This document shows, one piece after another, positions 54,729 through 64,000 of a stretch of 64,000 nucleotides of DNA. Both the position numbers and the translations under genes were made by a program. Where the stretch lies: NCBI GenBank assembly GCA_963762145.1, contig CAVXJS010000021.1, positions 160,001-224,000 of the forward strand. Direction: 5' to 3'. Position 1 is the first letter of the stretch; each line of letters begins with the position of its first letter. The notes beneath the pieces are model-generated. The model did no database searches. It was given only the letters and a program-made list of their open reading frames with translations, and was not told the DNA's origin. Origin of the DNA: an uncultured Candidatus Rokubacteria bacterium (GTDB lineage Bacteria > Methylomirabilota > Methylomirabilia > Rokubacteriales > CSP1-6).

Positions 54729-54834
54729 ACGCCGGTTCCGGATGGAACGTACACCGATGATCGCAGAGCAAGGCGGAAGCCCCACCGGTCGGGGGCGGCG
54801 AAACGTGGAAACGCACGCCGTAGGGCAAGAAGTG

Positions 54835-54870
54835 TTGACAGTTTAAATACGGCACCGTTATAAACTGTCA
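54835..54870 (+). promoter_or_regulatory. Sigma70 promoter of pilMNOPQ within a long palindrome
   Basis: TTGACA-N18-TATAAA; inverted repeat TGACAGTTTA-N15-TAAACTGTCA. Confidence 0.7.
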
Positions 54871-54967
54871 CCACGATAGCGTTTCCTTCCACAACGCACC
54901 GGGCTGACAGCTGATTCGCTTCTTCAGTGAAGTGGAGTCAGAGTCAGGAGAAGGCCGGGAGCCGAAT

Positions 54968-56029
54968 ATGGCGCTGTTTGGACTAGGCAAGAAGCCGACG
55001 ACATTTGGGCTCGACATCGGGACGAGCGCGATCAAGGTTGTAGAACTCGTCCAGAGCAAGGGCGGGCTCGCGCTCAAATCCTTCGCCACCGTCCCGCTTC
55101 CACGGGACGTCATCGCCGAGGGCACCATCCGGGAGCCTCAGGTGGTGACCGACGCGATCCGAGAATGCGTCGAGAAGGCGGGGATCACCGGGACGAGCAC
55201 GATCATCTCGGTGTCTGGACGCGAGGCGATCGTCAAGCGCGTTCCGCTTCCCAAGGTGACCGCGAAGGAGCTGGGAGACGCCATCCAGCTCGAGGCGGAG
55301 CACCATATCCCGTTCGCCATCGACGACGTTTTCCTCGACTACCAGGTGGTCAGCCAGTCGGCCAACGCCATGTCGGTGGTTCTGGTGGCAACCAAGAAGG
55401 TCAAGGTTCTCGAGTACGTAGCCGCGGTCGAGGCGGCCGGGTTGGACGCGGTGGTCGTCGACCTGGACGCGTTCGCGATGCAGAACCAGTTCGAGCTGAG
55501 CAGCGCCGGTGATGGGACCGACGCGGTCGCGCTCATCGACATCGGCGCGAGCGTCATGAAGACTAACGTCATCCAGGGCGGGGCCTGCATCTTCGCCCGC
55601 GACGTCCCGTTCGGAGGGAACAACTATACGGACGCCATCGCCCAGCGCCTGAGCGTCTCCGTCGAGATGGCGGAGGCGGCCAAGCAGGGGCGCGAGGTCG
55701 GCGTGAACTGGGACGATCTCGTTCCCGCCCTGGAGGCCGTCTCCCGGGAGCTGTCGCTCGAGGTCCAGCGGACCTTCGACTACTTCGCATCGACGGCGGA
55801 GTCCGAGAGAATCGGCAAGATCGTACTGTCAGGGGGCTGCGCGAAGCTGACCGGCCTCGACGACTTCCTGGGCTCGTCCTGGGGTGTCCCGGTCGAGCTC
55901 GCTCGACCGTTCCAGGGCATCGAGCACGACGCGGCCCAGTTCGCCGACGAGGATCCGGAGCAGATCGGCCCCGTGCTGGCGGTGGCGGTCGGACTCGCTC
56001 TTCGCCGCCCGGGAGACAAGCCCGCATGA
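54968..56029 (+). CDS. pilM: Type IV pilus assembly protein
   Basis: GLDIG.SAIK, EAE.HIPF, ALIDIGAS, LSGGCA, AVGLALR. Confidence 0.96.
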   Translation: MALFGLGKKPTTFGLDIGTSAIKVVELVQSKGGLALKSFATVPLPRDVIAEGTIREPQVVTDAIRECVEKAGITGTSTIISVSGREAIVKRVPLPKVTAKELGDAIQLEAEHHIPFAIDDVFLDYQVVSQSANAMSVVLVATKKVKVLEYVAAVEAAGLDAVVVDLDAFAMQNQFELSSAGDGTDAVALIDIGASVMKTNVIQGGACIFARDVPFGGNNYTDAIAQRLSVSVEMAEAAKQGREVGVNWDDLVPALEAVSRELSLEVQRTFDYFASTAESERIGKIVLSGGCAKLTGLDDFLGSSWGVPVELARPFQGIEHDAAQFADEDPEQIGPVLAVAVGLALRRPGDKPA

Positions 56030-56580
56030 TCAAGGTCAACCTCGCCCCTCCCACGACCAAGCGGCCGCGCCGAGCGGTCAGCAGTGGCGCCGAGCTCAAT
56101 CTCGGCCTGCTGTTTGGTGGGATCCTGGCCGTTCTCGTGCTGATCATCGGCGGTTGGTGGCTCAGCATGTCGCTGGAAAGCCGCCGGCTCACCGCCGAGA
56201 TCGAGACCAACCGGCGCGAGCTCGAGCGGCTCAAGCCCATCATCGCGGCCGGCCAGCGGTATCGCCGGGAGCGGGATGAGCTGGAGCGCCGGCTCAACGC
56301 CATCGAGACGGTGGCCCGCAATCAGGCCCGGCCGGTGTACCTCCTCGACGCCATGGCGGACACCCTGCCGCCCGATCTCTGGCTGACTCGTCTGGAAGAG
56401 CGGGGGCCGAGCCTGCGGATCGCGGGCACCACCTACTCGTCGGTCGCCCTCTCCGATTTCATGGCAAATCTGAAGGCGTCCGGGCGCTTCAAGGACGTGG
56501 ATCTCCTCGACGCCAAGCAAGACCTGAGCAAGTCACCTCGCACGATCACCTTCGAGGTGTCGTGCCGGTTCGAGATTTAG
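56026..56580 (+). CDS. pilN: Type IV pilus assembly protein
   Basis: MIKVNL motif, TM segment, LP..LWL, FM.NL. Confidence 0.93.
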   Translation: MIKVNLAPPTTKRPRRAVSSGAELNLGLLFGGILAVLVLIIGGWWLSMSLESRRLTAEIETNRRELERLKPIIAAGQRYRRERDELERRLNAIETVARNQARPVYLLDAMADTLPPDLWLTRLEERGPSLRIAGTTYSSVALSDFMANLKASGRFKDVDLLDAKQDLSKSPRTITFEVSCRFEI

Positions 56581-56584
56581 ACCC

Positions 56585-57193
56585 ATGGCCCTCCTGGATC
56601 CGATCACCAACGCTCCGAAGAACCAGAAGATCGCCCTGGGAGTCATGGCTTGCGTGATCGTCGCGGCCCTGGGCTATTTCCTGCTCCTCTCTCCCAAGCA
56701 GATCGAACGGGATGCCCTCCGGGCCCAGGGAGAGCAGGTGCGCGCCGAGCTGACCCAGGCGCAGGCGCTCGAAGCCAGCCTCCGCGGCTTCCGGGCGCAG
56801 GCCGAAGCCCTTCGCAAGCGCCTCGAGGCCGCCCAGGAGCGCCTGCCTACGGAGAAGGAGATGCCGGGGCTCTACCGGCAGATCTCGGACCTGGCGTTCC
56901 AGTCGGGTCTGGCGATGGCGGTGTTCACCCCCCGGACCCCGGAGGAGAAGGAGATCTTCTTCGACGTGCCGATCACCGTGAACGCCGAGGGCAGCTTCCA
57001 CCAGTTCGGCAACTTCCTGGCTCGAATGGGCAAGATGCCGCGGATCGTGACCCTGAACGACTGGCGGCTGCTCGGCATCGACCGGCCGACCGGAACGATC
57101 CGGGCGGAGGTCACGCTGATGACCTATATCTTCCGGCCGGAGGGAGCGCCGCCGCCCAAGCCGCAGCCGGGACAGCCGGGGGCAGGTCGATGA
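56585..57193 (+). CDS. pilO: Type IV pilus assembly protein
   Basis: TM plus coiled coil, LP.EKEM, G.FH..G.F, PRIV. Confidence 0.93.
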   Translation: MALLDPITNAPKNQKIALGVMACVIVAALGYFLLLSPKQIERDALRAQGEQVRAELTQAQALEASLRGFRAQAEALRKRLEAAQERLPTEKEMPGLYRQISDLAFQSGLAMAVFTPRTPEEKEIFFDVPITVNAEGSFHQFGNFLARMGKMPRIVTLNDWRLLGIDRPTGTIRAEVTLMTYIFRPEGAPPPKPQPGQPGAGR

Positions 57194-57657
57194 AGCACGG
57201 CGCGTCGGGGCTGGTCGTCATGGTCGGTGTCGTGGCCGCGATGGCGGCGGGCTGCGGAGGCGGGACGCCTCCGCCACCGCCCACCGCCGTGGCACCGGCG
57301 GCACCCGCCGCCGCAGCGCCGGTGGTCCGACCCAAGGAACCGGAAACGAGCAAGGCCCTGCCGCCGATCGCATACGAGCCGAAGGGGCGCCGCGATCCGT
57401 TCACCCCCATCTTCGTGGGGAAGGACAACGCGGGCCTCTCCGTCAGCGCGGTGAAACTCACCGGAGTCGTCGGAGGCGGAGGGGGGCTGATGGCCCTCGT
57501 CGAGGCTCCGGACGGAATCGGATACATCCTGAAGCCGGGCGACGCATTGGGCGATGGGCGCGTCACCGGCATCACGCCAACCTCGGTCACGTTCGCGGTG
57601 ACAGCTCGAGGCACGCAAGGTGCCTCCAGCCTGACGCTGCGGCTGCCCGAGAACTAG
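57190..57657 (+). CDS. pilP: Type IV pilus lipoprotein
   Basis: Lipobox AAG-C, Y.P.GRRDPF, AL.E.PDG.G. Confidence 0.88.
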   Translation: MKHGASGLVVMVGVVAAMAAGCGGGTPPPPPTAVAPAAPAAAAPVVRPKEPETSKALPPIAYEPKGRRDPFTPIFVGKDNAGLSVSAVKLTGVVGGGGGLMALVEAPDGIGYILKPGDALGDGRVTGITPTSVTFAVTARGTQGASSLTLRLPEN

Positions 57658-57683
57658 ACGGAATGAGGGGGGGGACTGACCTG

Positions 57684-60287
57684 ATGAGAAGCGCGCGGAT
57701 AGCTGGTCTCGTCGTGGCGGTATCACTGGCGGTCACCGGAATCGGTTCGTCCCAGACGACCGACACGGCGGTCCAGCTCAAGGACGTCACCATCGAGCGA
57801 GCGTTCGACGGAGCCGCGGTCACGGTCAAGACCTCCGGACCGAGTCAGTACGAGGCGAAGCTCATCGACTCTCCCACCCGACTCGTCATCGACATCTCCG
57901 GAGCGACGTACAGCTCCTCCAAGTCGCGCTGGATGTCCGGTGTCGACCCGATCAAGGAAGTCCGCGCCAGCCAGTGGCGCAAGGGCGTGGCCCGCGTGGT
58001 CGTGGAAATGAACCGCAACGATGTCGCCTACCGCATCGATGAGACGCCGGACGGGCTGGTCGTCGCGGTGGAGAACTCGAACGGGCAGTCCCCGGAGACC
58101 AAGCTCGAGTCGGCGAAGGTCACCAACGGCGTGTCGGACACGGCGAAGATCGCCCCCAAGCCGGCGGTGGTGGCCACCGTGAAGCCGGCCGAGAAGATCG
58201 CTCCGGCCAGCGTCGTCGTGACCGACTCGTCAACGGACGCGGTCAAGGCCACCCCCACGCCAACCGTCGTCGCCGCCGTCGAGACACCCAAGGCCGCTCC
58301 CAAGCCAGCCGTCGTCGACATCGTCGAGACGCCCAAGGCTGCTCCCAAGCCCGTGGTGGTTGCCGTCGCGAAGCCCGCGGACAAGCCCGTAGATAAGCCC
58401 GCGCCGGCGGTAGCCCCGGTCATCCCGACGCCCGCGCGCAAGGAGCCGCCCGCCTCCGCGGTGGCCGCGGCGCCGGCAGCAGTCCCGGCCAGCCAGATGC
58501 TCGCACAGACGACCACGATCCCGGCTCCGGTCGCTCCGGCCCGCCAGATGGTGGCCCAGGCGACGACCCCTCCGCCACCTCCGCCGCCGGCTCCCTCGAC
58601 GCCCGCGTCCGGTGAGAAGCTGATCTCCCTGGATTTCAAGGACGCCGACGTGGTGAACCTGCTGCGGATCCTGGCCGCGGAGAGCGGCCGGAACATCGTG
58701 GCCGGTGACGACGTCAAGGGGCGTGTGTCCATCTCGCTGAAGAACGTGACGTGGGAGCAGGCGCTGGATACGATCCTCGAGGTGCGTGGCCTCGCCAAGG
58801 TGGAGCGCGACGGCGTGATCCGCATCGTCTCGCTCGAACAGCTCACGAAGGAAAAGGAAGCCCTCTCGCGCGTCGAGGCGGCCAAGCGAAACGCCGAGAT
58901 CGAGACGCGCACCAAGATGGCCGAGGCGCAGCTCAAGGAGACGGAGCTCGCGACCCGCAAGCTGGCCGCGGACGCGGCGGCCGCCGAGGCGCAGGCTCGT
59001 GGTCCGCTCCGCGAGGAGGTCATCCGGCTGTCCTACGCCGACCCGCTCGAGGTCGCTCTGACCCTGCAGGGTATCCTCGGCATCCCGCCGGAGGGCGTGC
59101 AGGTACCCGCGACCCCGCTCGTGCAGGGCGTGCCGGCCGACCCGAGCGTGGTCCCATCCGGCTCGGGGGCGCCGCTCAACCCGGCGCTGGGCCGACTGCC
59201 GCAGATCAACTCGCCGTTTCCGCCGCCGGTACAGCCGCCGGTGCAGTCGGTCAGCCAGGACGTGCTGGCCAAGGGCATCACGGTCAGGGCCAACAAGGCG
59301 ACGAACAGCATCTTCATCCGCCACTACGAAGCCGACCTCGAGCGCCTGAAGAAGCTCATCCGGGAGCAGCTCGACGTGCCGCTTCCCCAGATCAAGATCG
59401 AAGCGCGGATGGAGATCCTGGATCGAACGTCGCTCGAAGCGATCGGCGTCCAGTGGGGTGGGGCGGTAGCCGGCAGCGGGCCCGGCGGCAATACGCTGAT
59501 CGGCCAGGGGTTCAGCAGTGCGACCGACCTCACCCGGACCGGAACCGGCGTGAGCAACATAAGCCCCTCGAACCCCAACCTGAACTTGAGCCAGCTCCTG
59601 CCGATCAGCCCGACCGGCAACGGCCTGCCGACCGGCGGTAACCTGGTGAACCTGCCGTTCGGCCTGCTGCCGAACGCCGGCACCAACCCGGCCGGTGGCA
59701 TCGCGTTCGGGATCGTCGGGACCAAGTTCAACATCAACCTGGCGCTTCAGGCCCTGGCCACCCTCGGGAAGACCCGCACGCTCGCGCACCCCGAGATCGT
59801 CACGGTGGAGAACAACAAGGCGGCCTTCACGCTCGGTGAAGAGATCCCGTACGCCACCGTCAGCTCCGCCGGCACCCAGGTTCAGTTCAAGGAGGCGGTG
59901 CTGAAGCTCGAGGTGACTCCGACCGTGATCCGTGAGAGGATCGACGGCCAGGAGATTCGCAAGGTCAAGATGACGGTTATCGTGGAGAACAACTCGCGGG
60001 GTGACGTGATCTCCCCGGCCGTCGGCGTACAGGTGCCGATCATCAACCGGCGCAAGGCGGAGACGCAGGTCCTCGTCCGGGAGGGCGACCGGCTCGTCAT
60101 CGGCGGCGTCACCCAGAACGTCCAGCAGAAGACCGTGCGCAAGGTGCCGCTCATGGGCGACGTGCCGATCCTGGGCTGGCTGTTCAAGCAGCGTGAGGAC
60201 TTCGAGACGGGACGCGAGCTGGTGGTCTTCATGACCCCTTCCATCCTGAAGACTGACGGCGGGCCTGCCGCGGCCCCCGGAAGGTAG
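57684..60287 (+). CDS. pilQ: Type IV pilus secretin
   Basis: AMIN domain (PTRLVID), ISLDFKDAD, W.QALD.IL, Q.KIEAR, KVP.MGDVP.LGWLF, ELVVF.TP. Confidence 0.95.
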   Translation: MRSARIAGLVVAVSLAVTGIGSSQTTDTAVQLKDVTIERAFDGAAVTVKTSGPSQYEAKLIDSPTRLVIDISGATYSSSKSRWMSGVDPIKEVRASQWRKGVARVVVEMNRNDVAYRIDETPDGLVVAVENSNGQSPETKLESAKVTNGVSDTAKIAPKPAVVATVKPAEKIAPASVVVTDSSTDAVKATPTPTVVAAVETPKAAPKPAVVDIVETPKAAPKPVVVAVAKPADKPVDKPAPAVAPVIPTPARKEPPASAVAAAPAAVPASQMLAQTTTIPAPVAPARQMVAQATTPPPPPPPAPSTPASGEKLISLDFKDADVVNLLRILAAESGRNIVAGDDVKGRVSISLKNVTWEQALDTILEVRGLAKVERDGVIRIVSLEQLTKEKEALSRVEAAKRNAEIETRTKMAEAQLKETELATRKLAADAAAAEAQARGPLREEVIRLSYADPLEVALTLQGILGIPPEGVQVPATPLVQGVPADPSVVPSGSGAPLNPALGRLPQINSPFPPPVQPPVQSVSQDVLAKGITVRANKATNSIFIRHYEADLERLKKLIREQLDVPLPQIKIEARMEILDRTSLEAIGVQWGGAVAGSGPGGNTLIGQGFSSATDLTRTGTGVSNISPSNPNLNLSQLLPISPTGNGLPTGGNLVNLPFGLLPNAGTNPAGGIAFGIVGTKFNINLALQALATLGKTRTLAHPEIVTVENNKAAFTLGEEIPYATVSSAGTQVQFKEAVLKLEVTPTVIRERIDGQEIRKVKMTVIVENNSRGDVISPAVGVQVPIINRRKAETQVLVREGDRLVIGGVTQNVQQKTVRKVPLMGDVPILGWLFKQREDFETGRELVVFMTPSILKTDGGPAAAPGR

Positions 60288-61460
60288 GTGGGCGGGCGGC
60301 TGCGCTTCCTTACCGCCGGCGAGTCCCACGGTGAGGCGCTGACCGCCGTCATCGACGGACTTCCGGCGGGTCTGGCCCTGACCGAAGCCGATATCAACGC
60401 CGACCTGGCCCGCCGCCAGCGGGGCTACGGCCGCGGCGGCCGGATGAAGATCGAGCGGGACCAGGCCCACATCTCCGCCGGAGTGAGATGGGGCCTCACC
60501 CTCGGCAGCCCGCTCACCCTGACCATCCGCAACCGGGACTGGGAAAACTGGCAGCAGACGATGTCGGTCGGGCTGCCTCCAGAGGGCGCCGTCCCAAAGA
60601 TGATCACCCGCCCACGCCCGGGGCATGCCGACCTCGCGGGGGCCATGAAGTACGGTCACCATGACATCCGCAACGTGCTCGAGCGCTCGAGCGCCCGCGA
60701 GACGACGGCTCGGGTCGCGGTGGCCGGGGTCGCCAAGCGATTGCTGGGCGAATTCGGCATCACGATCCTGAGCCACGTCACGGAGATCGGCGGGATCCGG
60801 ATCGGCCCGCTCGAGGTCTCGTGGGATGAGGTCCAGCGGCGTGCGGAGGCCAGCGAGGTCCGCTGCGCGGATCCGGGCGCCGAGGCCACCATGATCGAGG
60901 CCATCGACCGGGCCAAGGCAGCCGGCGATACCCTCGGAGGTGTGTTCGAGGTGGTTGCGCTGGGATGCCCGGTCGGCCTGGGCTCCTACGTGCAGTGGGA
61001 CCGGAAGCTCGATGGGCAGCTCGCCCGCGCGTTCTGCTCGATCCACGCGATCAAGGGAGCCGAGATCGGGCTCGGATTCGAGGCTGCGCGCCGCCCAGGA
61101 TCCCAGGTTCACGACGAGATCCTCTTCGACAAGGAGGCCGGCTTCCACCGCGGCTCCAACAGCGCGGGAGGGCTCGAGGGTGGGGTGACCAACGGCCAGC
61201 CGGTGGTCGTCCGTGCGGCCATGAAGCCGATATCGACCCTGCGCAAACCCCTCCGCTCGGTGGATCTCGATACCCGCGAAGCCGTGGAGGCGGTCGTGGA
61301 GCGCAGTGACGTCTGCGCGGTACCCGCCGCGGGGGTCGTGGGCGAGGCCATGATGGCCATCGTCCTGGCCGAGGCGTTCGTCGAGAAGTTCGGCGGGGAC
61401 AGCGTGGACGAGATTCGCCGCAACTATCAGGGATACCTGGACTACCTCAAAGACTGGTAG
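60288..61460 (+). CDS. aroC: Chorismate synthase
   Basis: [38 protein letters not shown]. Confidence 0.98.
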   Translation: MGGRLRFLTAGESHGEALTAVIDGLPAGLALTEADINADLARRQRGYGRGGRMKIERDQAHISAGVRWGLTLGSPLTLTIRNRDWENWQQTMSVGLPPEGAVPKMITRPRPGHADLAGAMKYGHHDIRNVLERSSARETTARVAVAGVAKRLLGEFGITILSHVTEIGGIRIGPLEVSWDEVQRRAEASEVRCADPGAEATMIEAIDRAKAAGDTLGGVFEVVALGCPVGLGSYVQWDRKLDGQLARAFCSIHAIKGAEIGLGFEAARRPGSQVHDEILFDKEAGFHRGSNSAGGLEGGVTNGQPVVVRAAMKPISTLRKPLRSVDLDTREAVEAVVERSDVCAVPAAGVVGEAMMAIVLAEAFVEKFGGDSVDEIRRNYQGYLDYLKDW

Positions 61461-61509
61461 GCTTGCCCCTGGCTTCTGTCAGCCGCAGGGGCTTCTGAGC
61501 TCGAAGACC

Positions 61510-62601
61510 ATGACCGACATCTCCGTCAATCTTGGCTCGCGCGCGTACCGGATCCTGGTCGCCATCGGCGCCCTGGGCACGGTAGGGGTCGAGCTCGCCA
61601 AGCTTCGCGTCGGCCGCAAGGCCGTCCTGATCACCGATCCCGCGATCGACCGGCTGCACGGCGAGCTCGTGGCACGGAGCCTCTCCGGGGCCGGCTTCGA
61701 TCTGATCCGGATCGCGGTTCCGGAGGGCGAGCAGGCCAAGGGGCTCGAGACGGCGCGAGAGCTATGGGACCGGCTGCTCGACGAAGGGTGCGATCGGAGC
61801 TCCACCGTGGTGGCCCTGGGGGGCGGCGCGGTCGGGGATCTCTCGGGCTTCGTCGCCGCCACCTACATGCGCGGTATGAACTTCGTCCAGGTGCCCACCA
61901 CGCTCCTGGCCCAGGTGGACGCGTCGATCGGAGGCAAGACGGCCATCGATCATCCCCGGGCCAAGAACCTGATCGGCGCCTTCCACCAGCCCCGGCTGGT
62001 CCTGGTGGACCCCGCGGTGCTGAGCACGCTGCCCGAGCGCGAGTTCCGCTCGGGGCTGGCCGAGGTGATCAAGCACGGCATCGTCCTGGACGCGGCCTAC
62101 TTCCGCGACCTGGAGCAGAGCATTCCCGCCTTGCTCGCGCGGGATCTGCCGACGCTGGAGCGGGTGGTCGCGGGCTCCTGCCGCCTCAAGGCACAGGTCG
62201 TGGAGCGCGACGAGCAGGAAGCCGAGCTGCGCTGGGTGCTGAACTACGGCCACACGATCGGGCACGCCCTCGAGGCCGCCACCGCGTTCACCCGCTGGGC
62301 GCACGGCGAGGCGGTGTCGCTGGGAATCGCGGCGGAGTCCCGGCTGGCCGAGCGCCTGGGCCTGGCGGGCCCGGCCACCCGGGATCGACAGGTGGCCCTG
62401 CTTCGAGCGGTGGGCCTGCCGGTGGCCGGTCTCGGGGCGGAGCCCGCCGCGGTGCTCGACGCGCTCAGCCGGGACAAGAAGGCGCGCGACGGCCGGATCC
62501 CCTTCGTCCTCTCGCCGGAGATCGGCCGGTTCCAGGTCGTGTTCGACGTGTCCCCCGCCGACATCCTCGCCACCTTGAATCAGCTCACGGCCGACGCGTG
62601 A
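61510..62601 (+). CDS. aroB: 3-dehydroquinate synthase
   Basis: GGGAVGD, PTTLLAQVDASIGGKT, NLIGAFHQP, LNYGHTIGHA, HGEAV. Confidence 0.98.
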   Translation: MTDISVNLGSRAYRILVAIGALGTVGVELAKLRVGRKAVLITDPAIDRLHGELVARSLSGAGFDLIRIAVPEGEQAKGLETARELWDRLLDEGCDRSSTVVALGGGAVGDLSGFVAATYMRGMNFVQVPTTLLAQVDASIGGKTAIDHPRAKNLIGAFHQPRLVLVDPAVLSTLPEREFRSGLAEVIKHGIVLDAAYFRDLEQSIPALLARDLPTLERVVAGSCRLKAQVVERDEQEAELRWVLNYGHTIGHALEAATAFTRWAHGEAVSLGIAAESRLAERLGLAGPATRDRQVALLRAVGLPVAGLGAEPAAVLDALSRDKKARDGRIPFVLSPEIGRFQVVFDVSPADILATLNQLTADA

Positions 62602-62650
62602 GGCGCGCAGAATTGTCTCCCTCACGCCCCCCGCGTATTACACTCTGGTC

Positions 62651-63314
62651 ATGACGCCGGAGCCTCAAGTCGGCGCCCCGGTCACCACCGAGGACAGCGC
62701 CCTGACCGCGGCGATCCGACGCTACGAAGAGCGTCTGGCGCGGGACCCCGGCTCGCTGGCGTTCGCCCCCCTGGCGGATGCCTATCGCAAGGCCGGTCGC
62801 GCGCCCGACGCCATTCGACTCTGCCGCGAGGGCCTCGACCGCTTTCCGCAGTACGTGACGGCCCGCCTGATCCTGGCGAAGGCGCTCCTCGACGACGGCA
62901 ATCCGCGACGGCGCGCTCGACGAGGTGCGCGCGATTCTCACGACCAGCCCGCAGGAGGCGCAGGCGCATCGACTGGCCGGCGACCTGTACCGGCGGGCCG
63001 GTGCCCTGGGCGACGCGGTCCAGCACCTGGAGCAGGCGGTGCGCCTCGATCCCGGGGACCGAGAGTCCCGCGCGCTCCTCGACGTCCTCGGAGCCGGCGG
63101 GGCGGTGCCGGATGGCTCGGCGCTGAAGCAGCTTCTGGCCGACGACACGTTCGCCACCCTGAGCTTCGGCACCCTGTGCCTCGAGCAGGGCCTGGTGGAC
63201 GAGGCGGCCCAGATCTTCCTGCGTCTCCTCCACCGCGACCCGGGGCACACGCGCGCCCGGGAGCGACTGGAAGAGGCGCTCCGACTCAAGACACAACGAC
63301 GGAAAGGGTCCTGA
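62651..63314 (+). CDS. TPR-repeat protein (frameshift near 62910)
   Basis: DP.S..FAPLAD.YR..G, TPR helices, T..F..L..EQG...EA. Confidence 0.82.
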
Positions 63315-63318
63315 CTGT

Positions 63319-63888
63319 ATGGCAGTGTCCACGGCCGAATTCAAGAAGGGTCTGAAGATCCAGTTCGACGGGGCGCCCTACACCATCGTCGACTTCCAGC
63401 ACGTCAAGCCCGGCAAGGGCGGCGCGTTCGTGCGCACCAAGCTCAAGCACATGAAGCTCGGGCGGGTCATCGACAACACGTTCCGGGCGGGCGAGAAGGT
63501 CGAGCTGGTCGACTTCGAAGAGAAGCGGATGCAGTTCCTGTACAAGGACGACCGGTACAACTTCATGGATCTCGACACGTACGACCAGATCTCCCTGTCC
63601 GCCGAGGAGGTCGGGGACGCCCGCGACTTCCTCAAGGAGAACACCGAGGTGGAGATCCTGTTCATCGACGCGAGTCCGGTCACGGTGGAGCTACCGAACT
63701 TCATCGAGCTGCAGATCGCCAAGACCGATCCCGGCATCCGAGGTGACACCGCCTCCGGCGGCTCCAAGCCCGCCACTCTCGAGACCGGCGCGGTGGTCCA
63801 GGTGCCGCTCTTCCTCAACGAGGGCGACGTGGTGAAGGTCGACACCCGCAGCGGCGAGTACCTCGGCCGCGTGTCGGCGGCGGGCTAG
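63319..63888 (+). CDS. efp: Elongation factor P
   Basis: [35 protein letters not shown]. Confidence 0.98.
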   Translation: MAVSTAEFKKGLKIQFDGAPYTIVDFQHVKPGKGGAFVRTKLKHMKLGRVIDNTFRAGEKVELVDFEEKRMQFLYKDDRYNFMDLDTYDQISLSAEEVGDARDFLKENTEVEILFIDASPVTVELPNFIELQIAKTDPGIRGDTASGGSKPATLETGAVVQVPLFLNEGDVVKVDTRSGEYLGRVSAAG

Positions 63889-63892
63889 CGTC

Positions 63893-64000
63893 GTGGCCCG
63901 GCGGCGACCGGCCCGCGGCTCTGCGAATCCCGCGGGCCTCAGCGTCGAGCAGATGGTCGACCTGGCGGTCCGCCACAACCTGGCCGAGATCGAGGTAGAG
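63893..64000 (+). CDS. accB: Probable biotin carboxyl carrier protein, N-terminus (truncated by window end)
   Basis: MVDLAVRHNLAEIEVE resembles the AccB N-terminus; efp-accB is a conserved gene order. Confidence 0.6.
   Translation, partial: MARRRPARGSANPAGLSVEQMVDLAVRHNLAEIEVE

Noticed and set aside
54740-54830. c-di-GMP riboswitch upstream of pilM or pilA
   Set aside because: The GEMM-type pattern (GGCAAAC...GAAA...GACGCAAAGC) is not present in either leader.
58230-61148. Very long antisense or overlapping ORFs (e.g. 972 aa opposite pilQ/aroC, 747 aa opposite lon, those opposite dnaK)
   Set aside because: These are shadow ORFs expected from high GC3 codon bias, and they have no recognisable motifs.

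Overview
A GC-rich bacterial chromosomal segment, mostly housekeeping genes. Gene order resembles Deltaproteobacteria/Nitrospirota, and the sequence style suggests Candidatus Rokubacteria/Methylomirabilota (inference, not verified). In order: carB-pyrF-pyrE-hpt-like; a NitT/TauT ABC transporter; yicC-gmk-rpoZ-coaBC-udg-priA-def-fmt-rsmB-rpe; ffh-rpsP-rimM-trmD-rplS-rnhB-yraN; an accessory catabolic cluster (cysteine hydrolase, DapA-family lyase, class-III aminotransferase, LIV-type ABC); dut; small hypothetical genes; comM; a GT-C-like membrane protein; slt; dnaK-dnaJ-hspR-lon; mazG and a macrodomain gene; a type IV pilus locus (pilT, pilC, pilS, pilR, two pilA, pilD, minor pilins, pilMNOPQ); aroC-aroB-TPR-efp-accB. 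Many essential genes carry clustered frameshifts that look like long-read indel errors. Main observations: (1) four ~75-90 bp intergenic cassettes with a shared terminal arm, bounded by direct repeats, carrying two different cores; (2) two tandem pilins with near-identical mature regions but separate sigma54 promoters and terminators; (3) five sigma54 promoters, one ahead of an unannotated 25-aa ORF; (4) three core proteins with altered catalytic motifs (DnaJ SPD for HPD, HGPRT-like PRPP loop, PriA without Walker A).
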